A DNA stretch of 64,000 nt, from NCBI GenBank assembly GCA_007121385.1, contig SKLV01000013.1:379-64378 (forward strand), given 5' to 3'. Under the pieces are notes generated by a model. The model had not been told where the DNA came from. It searched no databases and was given only the letters and a program-made list of their open reading frames with translations. Shown piece by piece: positions 18,583 to 28,319 of this stretch. The DNA comes from Bdellovibrionales bacterium (GTDB taxonomy: Bacteria > Bdellovibrionota > Bdellovibrionia > Bdellovibrionales > UBA1609). A program made the translations under genes and the position numbers. The number at the start of each line of letters is the position of its first letter. Position 1 is the first letter of the stretch.

Positions 18583-19473
18583 TTAGACTCTCTTTCTGGA
18601 TAAGTTGATCTTACTTTTGTTCGACTTTTGCTTTTTAATGCGACTGAGAAAGTCCTTCAAGTCTTTGAGAGCTTCATCTCGGTCGAAGTCATTATAAATC
18701 TCATGATGACTATCATGATAAATCCGCAGCACTTTGAGCTCGGAGCCCATTTGCTCAAAAAGCCTCTGAGCGGCATGGCTGTCCACAATTCGGTCCTGAC
18801 CGGCCAATTGCATCAGTGTGGGAATCTGAATATCTTGGGCTCTTTTAGGAATCTCCTCAAAGTTTTCTAACATACCTAAGTAGAGTCGGGGAGAGATCTT
18901 ATCATGGCGAAGGGGGTCGGTCTCATAGGCTCTCAGCTGATTTTCATCTCGACTGAGGTCTCGATAGTCCAATTCATTGTGCATAGTCAGCTCTGGAATC
19001 CAATCTGAGACCCAGCGGGCGAGGCGCTCCTTATAGGCTGGCACTTTAACCTTCAAACCGAGGGCGGGACTACTGAGCACAAGGGCTGAAAAACCCATGT
19101 TTCCATACTCCAAAAGGCCTCTCAGGCAAATTTGCCCGCCCAGAGAGTGACCAAACAGAACTAAGGGTTCGGTGGTCTCAGGGGATTGAGTCACCAATTG
19201 GCTGAGGGTCCGTAGGTCACGACTCATTTCTAAAATGTTAGAAACACAGCCTCGCTTCCCTGAAGACTGTCCATGGCCGCGAAGGTCCCAAGCGACAGTG
19301 TTCCAACCCCAATCTCCGAGATTCAGGGCCAAGCGGTGATAGCAATCTGAGTGTTCAGCCAAACCATGAGAGATGACCACCGTCCCCTCTGCGGGGTGAG
19401 GCAGGGTCCAGGTCTGGTAGAATAGATCATTCTCTTGCTGGCCAGATAAAAAGGCCTCATGTCTCTCTAGCAT
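18583..19473 (-). CDS. Alpha/beta hydrolase, lysophospholipase/monoacylglycerol-lipase-like
   Basis: HGLAEH oxyanion region, nucleophile elbow GHSLGG, and late D...H (HDSHHE). Length 296 aa. Confidence 0.75.
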   Translation of the reverse strand: MLERHEAFLSGQQENDLFYQTWTLPHPAEGTVVISHGLAEHSDCYHRLALNLGDWGWNTVAWDLRGHGQSSGKRGCVSNILEMSRDLRTLSQLVTQSPETTEPLVLFGHSLGGQICLRGLLEYGNMGFSALVLSSPALGLKVKVPAYKERLARWVSDWIPELTMHNELDYRDLSRDENQLRAYETDPLRHDKISPRLYLGMLENFEEIPKRAQDIQIPTLMQLAGQDRIVDSHAAQRLFEQMGSELKVLRIYHDSHHEIYNDFDRDEALKDLKDFLSRIKKQKSNKSKINLSRKRV

Positions 19474-19551
19474 CTGGACCTATTTAGGGCTGAAAAAGGG
19501 AAAGCGTCAAGGGTCATTGTCCAGAAGGGGGTCTTCCGGTAGCATAGACAT

Positions 19552-20103
19552 ATGTTAAAAAAGGGCTCTGCAACTTTGGCTGCAAAAAAGGGACTCTGTG
19601 GGCTGATGATATGGTCTTTGGTGGCCCTTCACCCCGGTGCGCAAGCTCAGACTGCCGGGGGTGGTACAGATTATTTGGGTGCGAACCTGAATTGGGAAAT
19701 GGGAGCTCATGCGGGTAATCTTTTGCCCAATCAAATAGAGGGTGTCACTGAGATTTTTCGAATTTGGGGACTCAGAGCGGGGCGCCGCACGGGGCGCCAA
19801 TCTTTTATGGAAGTCACTGCGGCTCGTGGGGGCTATGAGGATGTGAGTTGGGCGGATTTGAGTTTGAGTGCTCGCATGGATGTGCCTCTGGACTCTGTGG
19901 TCGGACTCATGTATTTGGGGGCCGATGCCCACTATTTTAAACCACTTGGTGAAGAGAAATATAAACTCTATGGCGGAGGGCATGTGGGGGCCGGGGTATT
20001 GGCTCTTATTGGTGGTCTCTTTTGGTTCCGAGCAGATATGAAATTTAACGTGCACCCCGGAACATCGATGCACCTCAACTTTGGTCTCTCCATGCGCTTT
20101 TAA
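19552..20103 (+). CDS. Small outer-membrane beta-barrel protein
   Basis: Signal peptide ...LHPGAQAQ. Gly/aromatic-rich, with a C-terminal ...FGLSMRF. Its stop overlaps the stop of the convergent nadB. Confidence 0.55.
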   Translation: MLKKGSATLAAKKGLCGLMIWSLVALHPGAQAQTAGGGTDYLGANLNWEMGAHAGNLLPNQIEGVTEIFRIWGLRAGRRTGRQSFMEVTAARGGYEDVSWADLSLSARMDVPLDSVVGLMYLGADAHYFKPLGEEKYKLYGGGHVGAGVLALIGGLFWFRADMKFNVHPGTSMHLNFGLSMRF

Positions 20104-21761
20104 CTGAGTTCATTCATGCTTCCTGGGCCAAGAATGCTGTCTCGGGAACCTGGGACAGAAAGGTCTGTGGGAGCCTCGGGCTCATCGATATTAAAGTGAA
20201 TGCCCACAGACCCTCGCCGCTGTAGAGCGCAGCTAACGACCAAATCAGCCACGGTGGCAATATTTCTGAGCTCAACAATATCAGATTGAGTTTTGAAGTT
20301 AGAATAGTAGTGCTTGATTTCCTTACGAATGTTAGCAAGTCGGTGTTGGGCTCTTTGCAATCGGCCATTGGACCTCAAGATGCCCACATAGTCCCACATG
20401 AGCCTTCGAATTTCATCCCACATATGAGTCACCACCATCAGCTCGTCTGCATCCTCCTTGTCGTGGAGTGGCCAAGGGGGTGGTCGGGGAGTGCTCCAAT
20501 GATAGATTTGTGGCCAATTTTCTTTGATTTTCTGTACAGCATTGTGAGGTATGACCAAACACTCTAAAAGAGAATTAGAGGCCAGTCGATTGGCTCCATG
20601 GAGCCCCGTGCAAGCGGTTTCTCCTAAGGCCAAGAGACCTTGAATGTCAGTCTGTCCAAAGAGATCAGTGACAACTCCTCCGCAAAGATAGTGAGCCGCT
20701 GGGACGACGGGAATGGGTTCACGATGAATTTCGATTCCTAGGGACAAACACTTGTTGTAAATCAGGGGGAAGCGTTGTTGTAGAAACTCTTTTCCCAAAT
20801 GGGAGGCATCAAGGTGAACACAGGCGACTCCCGTTCGTTTCATTTCAGCATCGATCGATCGAGCCACGATATCCCGAGGCGCTAAGCTTCCCTGAGGATG
20901 ATATTTCTTCATAAAGGCTTCACTTTGGGGGCCGATCAGTTCAGCCCCTTCCCCTCGCAGAGCTTCAGAAATTAAAAAAGTGCGATTTTGGGGGTGGAAG
21001 AGGCAGGTGGGGTGGAACTGCATAAACTCCATATTGGCCACGCGGGCGCCGGCCCGGTAAGCCATAGCCACGCCATCGCCAGTGGCTCCACCCCAATTGG
21101 ATGTGTAAAGATAGACCTTGCCCGCCCCGCCAGTGGCCAAAATGGTCATTTTGGCAGTGAGGCTTTCAACAACCCCCGTTTGTTTGTTTAAAGAGTAAAC
21201 CCCCAGGCAGCGGACTGGACTCATATCAAAGGGTTCGACCTGTTTGTTAGTAATAAGGTCCAAGGCTAAGTTGTTTTCCACAAAAGTAATTTTGGGGTTT
21301 TTTTGTGCCTGCTGCAGCAGTTGAGCGTGAATTTCCAGACCTGTATGGTCTCCCACATGGAGAATGCGACGGGCGCTGTGGCCCCCTTCCCGAGTCAGCT
21401 CCAGGACTTTGGTCGCATCCGCATCAAATTGAACTCCCCATTGGATCAAATCTTCAATGCGCTCTGGGCCCTGTTCCACCACAGCTCGGACCACCTGGGG
21501 ATGACAGAGGCCGGCTCCCGCTTTAAGAGTATCCTGGATATGCTGTTCAAAACTGTCCGCTGTTGACATCACGGCGGCGATTCCTCCCTGAGCCATGGGA
21601 GTGTTGGCGGAGCTGAGCTCCGCCTTGCTCAGGACCACCACCGAGCCGATCTCGCTCGCCTTTAAGGCAAAGGCCAGTCCAGCTAAGCCTGAGCCAATCA
21701 CCAAAAAATCACAGTGAGGTTTCATGGCTCCAGCTATACCTCTGGCAAGGGTAGCTGTCAT
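20100..21761 (-). CDS. nadB: L-aspartate oxidase
   Basis: FAD motif DFLVIGSGLAGLAFA, AQGGIAA, HYLCGGV and the succinate-DH/fumarate-reductase flavoprotein fold motifs. Length 553 aa. Confidence 0.9.
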   Translation of the reverse strand: MTATLARGIAGAMKPHCDFLVIGSGLAGLAFALKASEIGSVVVLSKAELSSANTPMAQGGIAAVMSTADSFEQHIQDTLKAGAGLCHPQVVRAVVEQGPERIEDLIQWGVQFDADATKVLELTREGGHSARRILHVGDHTGLEIHAQLLQQAQKNPKITFVENNLALDLITNKQVEPFDMSPVRCLGVYSLNKQTGVVESLTAKMTILATGGAGKVYLYTSNWGGATGDGVAMAYRAGARVANMEFMQFHPTCLFHPQNRTFLISEALRGEGAELIGPQSEAFMKKYHPQGSLAPRDIVARSIDAEMKRTGVACVHLDASHLGKEFLQQRFPLIYNKCLSLGIEIHREPIPVVPAAHYLCGGVVTDLFGQTDIQGLLALGETACTGLHGANRLASNSLLECLVIPHNAVQKIKENWPQIYHWSTPRPPPWPLHDKEDADELMVVTHMWDEIRRLMWDYVGILRSNGRLQRAQHRLANIRKEIKHYYSNFKTQSDIVELRNIATVADLVVSCALQRRGSVGIHFNIDEPEAPTDLSVPGSRDSILGPGSMNELS

Positions 21762-21864
21762 GCGTTAATCTTGGGGAGAGCCTGGACCTCGACTTGATTC
21801 TAGGTGGGGCCTCTATTTAGACTAACATCGGGTGCTTAGTTAAATCTCTGGCAAGGAAGGCGCA

Positions 21865-24003
21865 ATGAGGATCCAGTGGCAAGTAGGAGCCGTTTTAGCA
21901 GTGGGTCTGGGGATTTTTGTCGCCTTAAGTACACAGCAGTACTCTCGTCTTATGTCCCGTCAGGCAGAGGATTTGACACTCAAAAATTTGCGATCTGAGG
22001 TCGTCACAACTCGCGCTCTCGTGGAGAAGATGGCAAAAGATTTTGGCGATGAATTGAGTCGTCGTGTGTCTGATCAGGAAAGACGGCGAGAGCGAGGAGA
22101 TTCATCCTCGGCTCTAGCGGGTGGGCCCTTCGAGCTCATCGCACTTCTGGACCCACCCCAGGGACAAGGTCGATGGAGAGCTCGCTGGACAGAGAGGTCG
22201 CGCGGTGGATTGGCCGGATCTTGGTCAGGGGCGGCCGTGGAGCAGGTGTTGGGCACCTTGCCCATCGCTCGTGTGACCAGTCAAAACACGGTTTGGTATC
22301 GAGGAGAGGACTCCAGTGGTCGTCTTTTTCTTGCTCTGTTAGCTCAATTGCAAGGGCCCACTCAGACTCCCATTGTGGCCGTGGGCCTTTTGCCAGTGTC
22401 CAGCTTTGTGGAGAGTCTCGCTGCTTTAAAGTTGGCGGACCGAGAAGTGATTTTGTTGGATGAGAGAGGCTTTGCTTTGGGCTATAGTGAGGCCGCCTAT
22501 GTGGGAGCAAGGCTGGATAACCATCCGGTGGTGGCGGAAATTTTGGGACGGAGAGACCTGCGTGGTGAAGGGGCCTTTCTCAATCTCAAGTCCGAGCCTG
22601 TGTTGGCCGCCTTTGAGCGTTTAGATAGTGCCAACCTCTACTTGGCCTTAGTGACGGCAAGATCTCCATCCCGACTTTTTTTCGCTGAGTTTCTAGTGGC
22701 GGCCTTCCTATGGGCCTTGGTTGTTCTGGCTCTCTATGTAGGTGCTTTCTATGTTCTTAAGCCTTGGGCCGCGGCTGCGAAACAGCCGGCTCTCACTCAG
22801 GAGCCTATAGAAGCGGCACATCCCGCCACGGCTCAAGAAGACACAGATCCTTCAGCCTCTCCCGCGGAGAGTTCTGCTGAGGTCAAAGACCTGCGTCAGG
22901 AGGTTCGACGTCTCGAAGCGGATCGTCAACAGGTCTTTAAGCAAATTGGTTTTGGGTTGAGTCAGGCTCTGACGGGTCCCATTGCGGCGATTTTAGGACA
23001 TGCTCAGTTGGCGCGAAGTAAGGTGCGGGAAGAGGAGTCTGTAAAGTCTCACTTTGTGGTGATTGAGAGGGAGGCTCGTCGAGCTCGCGAGACCATTGAA
23101 AACCTAGGTCGTCTGACCAATGCGGCTGAGGTGGAAAAACGGCGAATCGACTTGCAAGAAGTTGTATTGAGTGCACTGGCCTCCCTGCGCCAACAAACTT
23201 CTGCTCAAGGCATTAAAGTGAATAAAGATTTGTCGCGTAGTGTGGCCATCATGGCTCATGCGGGACAGCTGCAGACCGCCATTGAGGAAGTGATTAAAAA
23301 TGCCGTTGAGGCATTGGCTGGAGCTGTTAACAAAGAGATCTCTGTGAGTTTGAGAGTGGATAAGGGAGAGGCCATTCTTGTTATTGAGGACTCTGGACAG
23401 GGAATGAGTTCAGAGCAGTTGGCTCATGCTTTTGATGCCTTTTACACCACAAAGCCCCCAGAAGAGAATGCTGGCCTGGGGCTGGGTGTGGCCAAAGGTT
23501 TGGTGAAAAATTTTGGTGGGCAAATAGAGCTCTCTTCAGTGCCTGGTCAAGGCACTCGAGTCCAGATGAAGTTCAAAGCCCTTGGGGTGGCTCAAGTTCA
23601 AGTCATCAATGACGACAGGCCCTCCGTCCCCACCCCTGAGGTTTCCGAGACAACAACGATCAAGCCAAATCCTCTTCCCAAAGTAGTGGTTCGACCGGTG
23701 ATGCCGGCCAACTCGGTCACAGCAGAAGCTCCACCCCTGAGCTTGGGGGAAGAGGAGGCCCGTCTTCAACCTGTCGCCCAGGAGGGCGCTTTGGATTTAT
23801 TGAAGGGCAAAGCTGTGACTGGAACTCAAGTGGATGATCTTCCAGCCCCTCCCGACCTGGACGAGCAAACTTTCTTGGGGGACCTCCCCGACTTGGACAA
23901 CCGGGTGGAGAGTGGCTTGGGTGAAAGCCAGGTGAGTGAAGGCTTTAAAGAGGGGGATCCCGCCATTGTCATTCGTCCTCCTAAGTTGAGGTCAGGAGGC
24001 TGA
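21865..24003 (+). CDS. Sensor histidine kinase with a periplasmic sensor region and a Pro-rich C-terminal tail
   Basis: N-terminal TM, a roughly 250-aa extracytoplasmic region, then a second TM. H-box PIAAILGHAQLA, N-box VIKNAVEA, G-boxes EDSGQGM and GLGLGVAKG. A tail of about 140 aa rich in P/E/D follows the ATPase domain. Confidence 0.85.
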   Translation: MRIQWQVGAVLAVGLGIFVALSTQQYSRLMSRQAEDLTLKNLRSEVVTTRALVEKMAKDFGDELSRRVSDQERRRERGDSSSALAGGPFELIALLDPPQGQGRWRARWTERSRGGLAGSWSGAAVEQVLGTLPIARVTSQNTVWYRGEDSSGRLFLALLAQLQGPTQTPIVAVGLLPVSSFVESLAALKLADREVILLDERGFALGYSEAAYVGARLDNHPVVAEILGRRDLRGEGAFLNLKSEPVLAAFERLDSANLYLALVTARSPSRLFFAEFLVAAFLWALVVLALYVGAFYVLKPWAAAAKQPALTQEPIEAAHPATAQEDTDPSASPAESSAEVKDLRQEVRRLEADRQQVFKQIGFGLSQALTGPIAAILGHAQLARSKVREEESVKSHFVVIEREARRARETIENLGRLTNAAEVEKRRIDLQEVVLSALASLRQQTSAQGIKVNKDLSRSVAIMAHAGQLQTAIEEVIKNAVEALAGAVNKEISVSLRVDKGEAILVIEDSGQGMSSEQLAHAFDAFYTTKPPEENAGLGLGVAKGLVKNFGGQIELSSVPGQGTRVQMKFKALGVAQVQVINDDRPSVPTPEVSETTTIKPNPLPKVVVRPVMPANSVTAEAPPLSLGEEEARLQPVAQEGALDLLKGKAVTGTQVDDLPAPPDLDEQTFLGDLPDLDNRVESGLGESQVSEGFKEGDPAIVIRPPKLRSGG

Positions 24004-25529
24004 TGGTTATGGATATCACTGCTCAGTTGCGCCGGGCTTTCACACTTTATTATGTGCAGCCGGAAACCCCGGTGGGAGATCAAGACTTCTTGATGGCCTC
24101 CGTGCAAAACGCGGGCTATCAGGTAGATATCTTCACCGATGTCTTGGAGGCTCTTCAGGCTGTTGTTCAAAATCCACCTCATTTTGTGATCCTCCATGCC
24201 TCAGAAATGCGGGAAAAAACCGCTGCTTGGCTGGCGGAGCTCTCGGCACAGCTTCCGGAGACTCAAATTTTTTTATTTTTGAATCGTGAGCAGTCCTATC
24301 AATTGCCCAGCTTTTACGCCCTTGGAGCCTATGAGGTGTTGCTCTGGCCACTGGATCAATCCATTCAGCTGGTGCGGGCTTTGGATAGAGCCGCAGAAAA
24401 AAATTATTGGATGCACCTAAATGAGTCTAAGGACTCTTCCCAGGCCGTTGTGTCCTCTCAGAGCTCAGGGGATCCCGCTTTTTTGGAGATGCTTTACAAG
24501 TTGGACATGGGGGGAGAGTCTCACCTCGACCCTTTTTTGGTTTCTTGGTTAAGGGACCTCTACAGACTGAAATCGATTGAGGACTCCAGTGAGCACTTTT
24601 TGAAAGGGCTGGGCAGCAAGGAGAATTTTTCTCAGGCTCTTTATCTGAAGTACTATCCGGCTCGTCGTAGCCTTCTTGCCACAAAAGCCATCGGTGTGCC
24701 CTCTCATCTAGTTCAGGGTTTGGGATTGGACTTAACTCAGGAGAAGGATTTTAGTCCAGATCAGTTGGATCGACCTGAGGAGATTCCTCTTTTAGGTGAA
24801 ATGCTCACCCAAGTCTTTTCCTGGGAGGACTACGAAGCTCAGACCCTAGAGGTCTTGGGTCAAGTTGCCGGTGTTTTGGTCTGGCAGAAAGAGGAGACGG
24901 GTCCAAGCTCGGAGAGATTGTGGAGAGAGGCTCTTTTTTCGGCCCTCCATCAGCACTGTGAGCTCCTGGAGATGCACAGGCGCTGGTACAAGGTACACTC
25001 CTCAGGGGCAGTCCAAGAGCCTGTTGAGCGCCCTGTCTTTTTGCAATTAATGGTGGATGAGTTGCGCCGGGCCAGGCGCATACAAATGCCCCTCTCTCTG
25101 TTGGTTCTGAGTGTGGAGCTGGATCAGGTTGGCATGAGTTCTTTAAGCTCTCGGGATCGGGAACTGCTGTTGCGACTTTTGGGCAAAGCCCTGAGAGAGC
25201 AAAGTCGAGTCAACGATGTGGTGGGCAAGCTGGGTTTAGGGGAGTTTGGGGTTCTTTTACCTCACACCGGGGTGCAGGGAGCGGCGATCAAGGCGGAGCG
25301 CTTACGTCGGCGCCTTGAGGCCATGGATCTGAAGTCAGTGATGGGCTCTGTCTTTACTCTGAGAGTCAGTGTGGGTGTGAGTGAGTATCCAAGTCTGAGT
25401 CAGGATGCTGAGGAGCTTTTTCAAAGTGCAGATGCTGTACTGTACAAACTGAGAACTCAGGGTTTAAACCGGGTCTGTGTGGCTGAAGTCCAACGACCTG
25501 AAGGGTCTGCCTTTGAGGGATCAGTATAG
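24003..25529 (+). CDS. Pseudo-receiver + degenerate GGDEF-domain protein (GLGEF A-site, intact RVND I-site)
   Basis: The start overlaps the kinase stop (TGATG). The receiver-like N-terminus has His at the acceptor position (HFVILHASEM). The C-terminal GGDEF fold carries RVND (25206-25217), then 5 residues, then GLGEF (25233-25247). Confidence 0.75.
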   Translation: MVMDITAQLRRAFTLYYVQPETPVGDQDFLMASVQNAGYQVDIFTDVLEALQAVVQNPPHFVILHASEMREKTAAWLAELSAQLPETQIFLFLNREQSYQLPSFYALGAYEVLLWPLDQSIQLVRALDRAAEKNYWMHLNESKDSSQAVVSSQSSGDPAFLEMLYKLDMGGESHLDPFLVSWLRDLYRLKSIEDSSEHFLKGLGSKENFSQALYLKYYPARRSLLATKAIGVPSHLVQGLGLDLTQEKDFSPDQLDRPEEIPLLGEMLTQVFSWEDYEAQTLEVLGQVAGVLVWQKEETGPSSERLWREALFSALHQHCELLEMHRRWYKVHSSGAVQEPVERPVFLQLMVDELRRARRIQMPLSLLVLSVELDQVGMSSLSSRDRELLLRLLGKALREQSRVNDVVGKLGLGEFGVLLPHTGVQGAAIKAERLRRRLEAMDLKSVMGSVFTLRVSVGVSEYPSLSQDAEELFQSADAVLYKLRTQGLNRVCVAEVQRPEGSAFEGSV

Positions 25530-26705
25530 GTGCACATAGAGAATCAGGGGATTTATCGTCAGTCTTGGGCGGAGATCAACATTCCCCACCTTGTTCATAA
25601 TTATAAGACTTTAAGGGCTTTGGTGGATTCTGAGGCCTTTTTCTGTCCTATGCTAAAAGCCGATGCCTATGGCCATGGAGCAGGATCTGTTTTGCAGGCT
25701 CTTTTGAAAGAGGGCCAGCGCCAGTTTGGGGTGGCCTTGGTGGAGGAGGGGATAGAGCTTCGCCAAGCGGTGCCAGCCAATTTGTCCAAGGGCTTGGAAA
25801 TTTTGGCTTTTGCCACTTTTAATGAGTCTGGCGTTCAGGCTCTGATCCAAAACCAGCTCATTCCCGTAATCAGTGAGTGGGGGCAACTGGAGTTGATGCT
25901 CAGGGGAGCCCCACCCGGGGCCAGGTATCCTATTCATATCAAATTTGACACGGGTATGCATAGAATGGGTTTTCAGCCCCAAGATGCAGAGAAAATCAGG
26001 GAGCACCTTCGGCGGACAGACCAACTGCGTTTGCAGGGAGTCTGCACCCATTTGAGCGATGGGGATGATTTTGCACAAAGTCAGGGGCGTTCCCAGTCCC
26101 AGATCAAAAAGTTTCAGGATCTACTTCCTGTTTTTGCCAGTTTTCAGCCCCAAGTTCACATCCTCAATAGCTCGGCGCTTTTGGCCCACTGGATAGGTTC
26201 GGAAGGACAACTTTCGCCCTGGGGAGCTCGCCCCGGCTTGGCTCTGTATGGAGTTTGGCCAGATGGAACGGCCGGGAGCGATCAGGTGAGTTTACTGCCG
26301 GTGATGAGCGTCAAAAGCCATCTGGTTCAAATTCACTCTTTGGAGGCGGGGGAGAGAGTTTCTTATGGGGGGCGTTGGGTAGCCCCTGAACCCTCCTGGG
26401 TGGGGGTGGTGGCTCTGGGCTATGGTGATGGATATCCTCGAGGCCTGTCCAATAGGGCTGTTATGTTAGTCAGAGGTCAAGAAGTTCCGGTCATCGGCTC
26501 GGTTTGCATGGATTACACTATGGTGGACTTAACTGGAGTTGTGACTGCCACAGGGTCACTTGCCGTGGGGGAGGAAGTGTTGATACTGGGCCAACAGGGC
26601 TCCGCTGGGATCACTGCAGAGAGGTTGGCAAGCTTGAACCAGTCCATCTCCTATGAGATTTTAACAGCATTTGGTTTGCGCATGCCCCGGGTGTTTATTT
26701 TTTAG
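25530..26705 (+). CDS. alr: Alanine racemase
   Basis: PLP-Lys motif PMLKADAYGHGA. C-terminal VSYGG...GYGDGYPR. GTG start immediately after the upstream stop. Confidence 0.9.
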   Translation: MHIENQGIYRQSWAEINIPHLVHNYKTLRALVDSEAFFCPMLKADAYGHGAGSVLQALLKEGQRQFGVALVEEGIELRQAVPANLSKGLEILAFATFNESGVQALIQNQLIPVISEWGQLELMLRGAPPGARYPIHIKFDTGMHRMGFQPQDAEKIREHLRRTDQLRLQGVCTHLSDGDDFAQSQGRSQSQIKKFQDLLPVFASFQPQVHILNSSALLAHWIGSEGQLSPWGARPGLALYGVWPDGTAGSDQVSLLPVMSVKSHLVQIHSLEAGERVSYGGRWVAPEPSWVGVVALGYGDGYPRGLSNRAVMLVRGQEVPVIGSVCMDYTMVDLTGVVTATGSLAVGEEVLILGQQGSAGITAERLASLNQSISYEILTAFGLRMPRVFIF

Positions 26706-26718
26706 GGAAGTTGATCTC

Positions 26719-27558
26719 ATGTTGGCCTTTTGGATGCAGTACAGAGTGAAGCTGAATCAGGCTATTGACGATATGGCCTGGGCCCTCTTTCAACGCATCT
26801 ACCAGTTCTTCTTCGACAGCGGTCGCTCCCTGATTTTCTTTATAGAAAGCACTAAGTTGATTTTTACCAAGCCCTATCGGGTGGAAGAGATCATCAAGCA
26901 TATGGAGTTTATTGGTAATAAGTCCATCTTGATCATCTCCTTGACCGGAGCCTTTACGGGCATGGCCTTGTCCTTTCAAATCTACTTGGGCTTTAATCTT
27001 GTTAATGCCACCAACCTTGTAGGGCCGACTGTGGCTTTGGGAATTTCCCGTGAGCTGGGGCCTGTTTTGACGGGTTTGATTGTGGCGGCTCGAGCTGGAG
27101 GAGCCATGGCGGCCCGAATTGGCACAATGAGGGTGACCGAGCAGATTGACGCTCTTCAGGTCATGGGAATCAATGCCAAGCAATTTTTGGTATCCCCGCG
27201 GATTGTTGCCGCCTTTATCACTATGCCTCTGCTGTGTGGAGTTTTTGACTTTGTGGCCATGCTCGGAGCTCATGTGTTGGGCATTTATGTTTTAGGCCTG
27301 GATGAAGCCATTTTCTGGGACAAGATTCTCTTGTGGATCAAACCCAGTGATGTCTTTGAGGGCCTGATTAAGGCGGCCGTTTTTGGCGTGACCTTTGCCA
27401 CAATTTGTACTTTTAAAGGCTACACCACTTCAGGGGGAGCAAAAGGGGTGGGCGAGGCCACCAACCAGGGAGTGGTTCACAGTATGGTGATGATTATTAT
27501 TTTGAATTTCTTTATGACAAACTTTATTCGCTTTTACCTTGCGGTGATCAACGGCTGA
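26719..27558 (+). CDS. mlaE: MlaE-family ABC transporter permease
   Basis: Motif SRELGPVLTGLIVAARAGGAMAARIGTMRVTEQIDAL. ATG 26719 has SD AGGGAAG. Confidence 0.85.
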   Translation: MLAFWMQYRVKLNQAIDDMAWALFQRIYQFFFDSGRSLIFFIESTKLIFTKPYRVEEIIKHMEFIGNKSILIISLTGAFTGMALSFQIYLGFNLVNATNLVGPTVALGISRELGPVLTGLIVAARAGGAMAARIGTMRVTEQIDALQVMGINAKQFLVSPRIVAAFITMPLLCGVFDFVAMLGAHVLGIYVLGLDEAIFWDKILLWIKPSDVFEGLIKAAVFGVTFATICTFKGYTTSGGAKGVGEATNQGVVHSMVMIIILNFFMTNFIRFYLAVING

Positions 27559-28319
27559 TGGGCTTTAAGTCGGCCATTTCTATGCAGCAGGTCACGAAAT
27601 CCTTTGATGGGGGCAAGGAATTTGTCCTCAATGGGATCGATTTGGATATCCCCAAGGGCCAACTCACTGTGATTATTGGCTACAGTGGCACGGGTAAGTC
27701 CGTTCTCCTCAAACATATGCTGGGACTTTTGCAGCCCACTTCGGGCAAGGTAGAAGTGTTGGGTCGAGATTTGGCCAGTATGAGCCCCGACGAGATGGGC
27801 CGTTTTAGAAGAAGGCTGGGTGTTCTTTTTCAGCACGCCGCGCTATTCGATGACATGACAGTCCTAGAAAATGTCTGCTTTCCCTTACGCGAGCACCGTC
27901 GTTATTGGACGGCGCAGCAAATCGTGGAGGTGGCCGAGACCAAGTTGGCAGCCTCCGGATTGGACCCTAAGCACTATGGCAAGCTGCCTGGAGAGCTCAG
28001 TGGGGGGATGAGAAAGCGGGTGGGTTTGGCCAGGGCCATTGCCTTAGACCCAGAAGTCATTTTATATGACGAGCCCACAACAGGTTTAGATCCTATTCTG
28101 AGCGAAATGGTGGACGATTTGATATTGGAAACTCACCAAAGAGTGGAAGGGGCCACTTCAGTGGTTGTCTCTCATGATCTTTTTGCTGCTTTTCGTCTGG
28201 CGGATCATATGGTTATGTTAGATAAAGGGAAAGTGCTTTTAGCTGGAACTCAAGAGGACTTTCACAACTCCCAGGTGGAATTGATACAGCGCTTTTTGGC
28301 TAAGGGATTTAAAAAATAA
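27558..28319 (+). CDS. mlaF: MlaF-type ABC transporter ATP-binding protein
   Basis: Walker A GYSGTGKS, signature LSGGMRKRVGLARA, Walker B ILYDEPTTGLD. TGATG overlap with mlaE. Confidence 0.9.
   Translation: MGFKSAISMQQVTKSFDGGKEFVLNGIDLDIPKGQLTVIIGYSGTGKSVLLKHMLGLLQPTSGKVEVLGRDLASMSPDEMGRFRRRLGVLFQHAALFDDMTVLENVCFPLREHRRYWTAQQIVEVAETKLAASGLDPKHYGKLPGELSGGMRKRVGLARAIALDPEVILYDEPTTGLDPILSEMVDDLILETHQRVEGATSVVVSHDLFAAFRLADHMVMLDKGKVLLAGTQEDFHNSQVELIQRFLAKGFKK

Noticed and set aside
19555-20073. 172-aa antisense ORF opposite the small OMP gene; similar antisense ORFs exist at 26695-27273, 9723-10172, 10539-10931 and 59959-60351
   Set aside because: The sense-strand genes carry clear family motifs or signal peptides. 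The antisense frames are low-complexity and show no start context.
21846-21861. CTGGCAAGGAAGGCGCA resembling a -24/-12 element upstream of the histidine kinase
   Set aside because: It lacks the TTGC -12 core and ends only about 3 nt before the ATG, leaving no room for a leader or SD.
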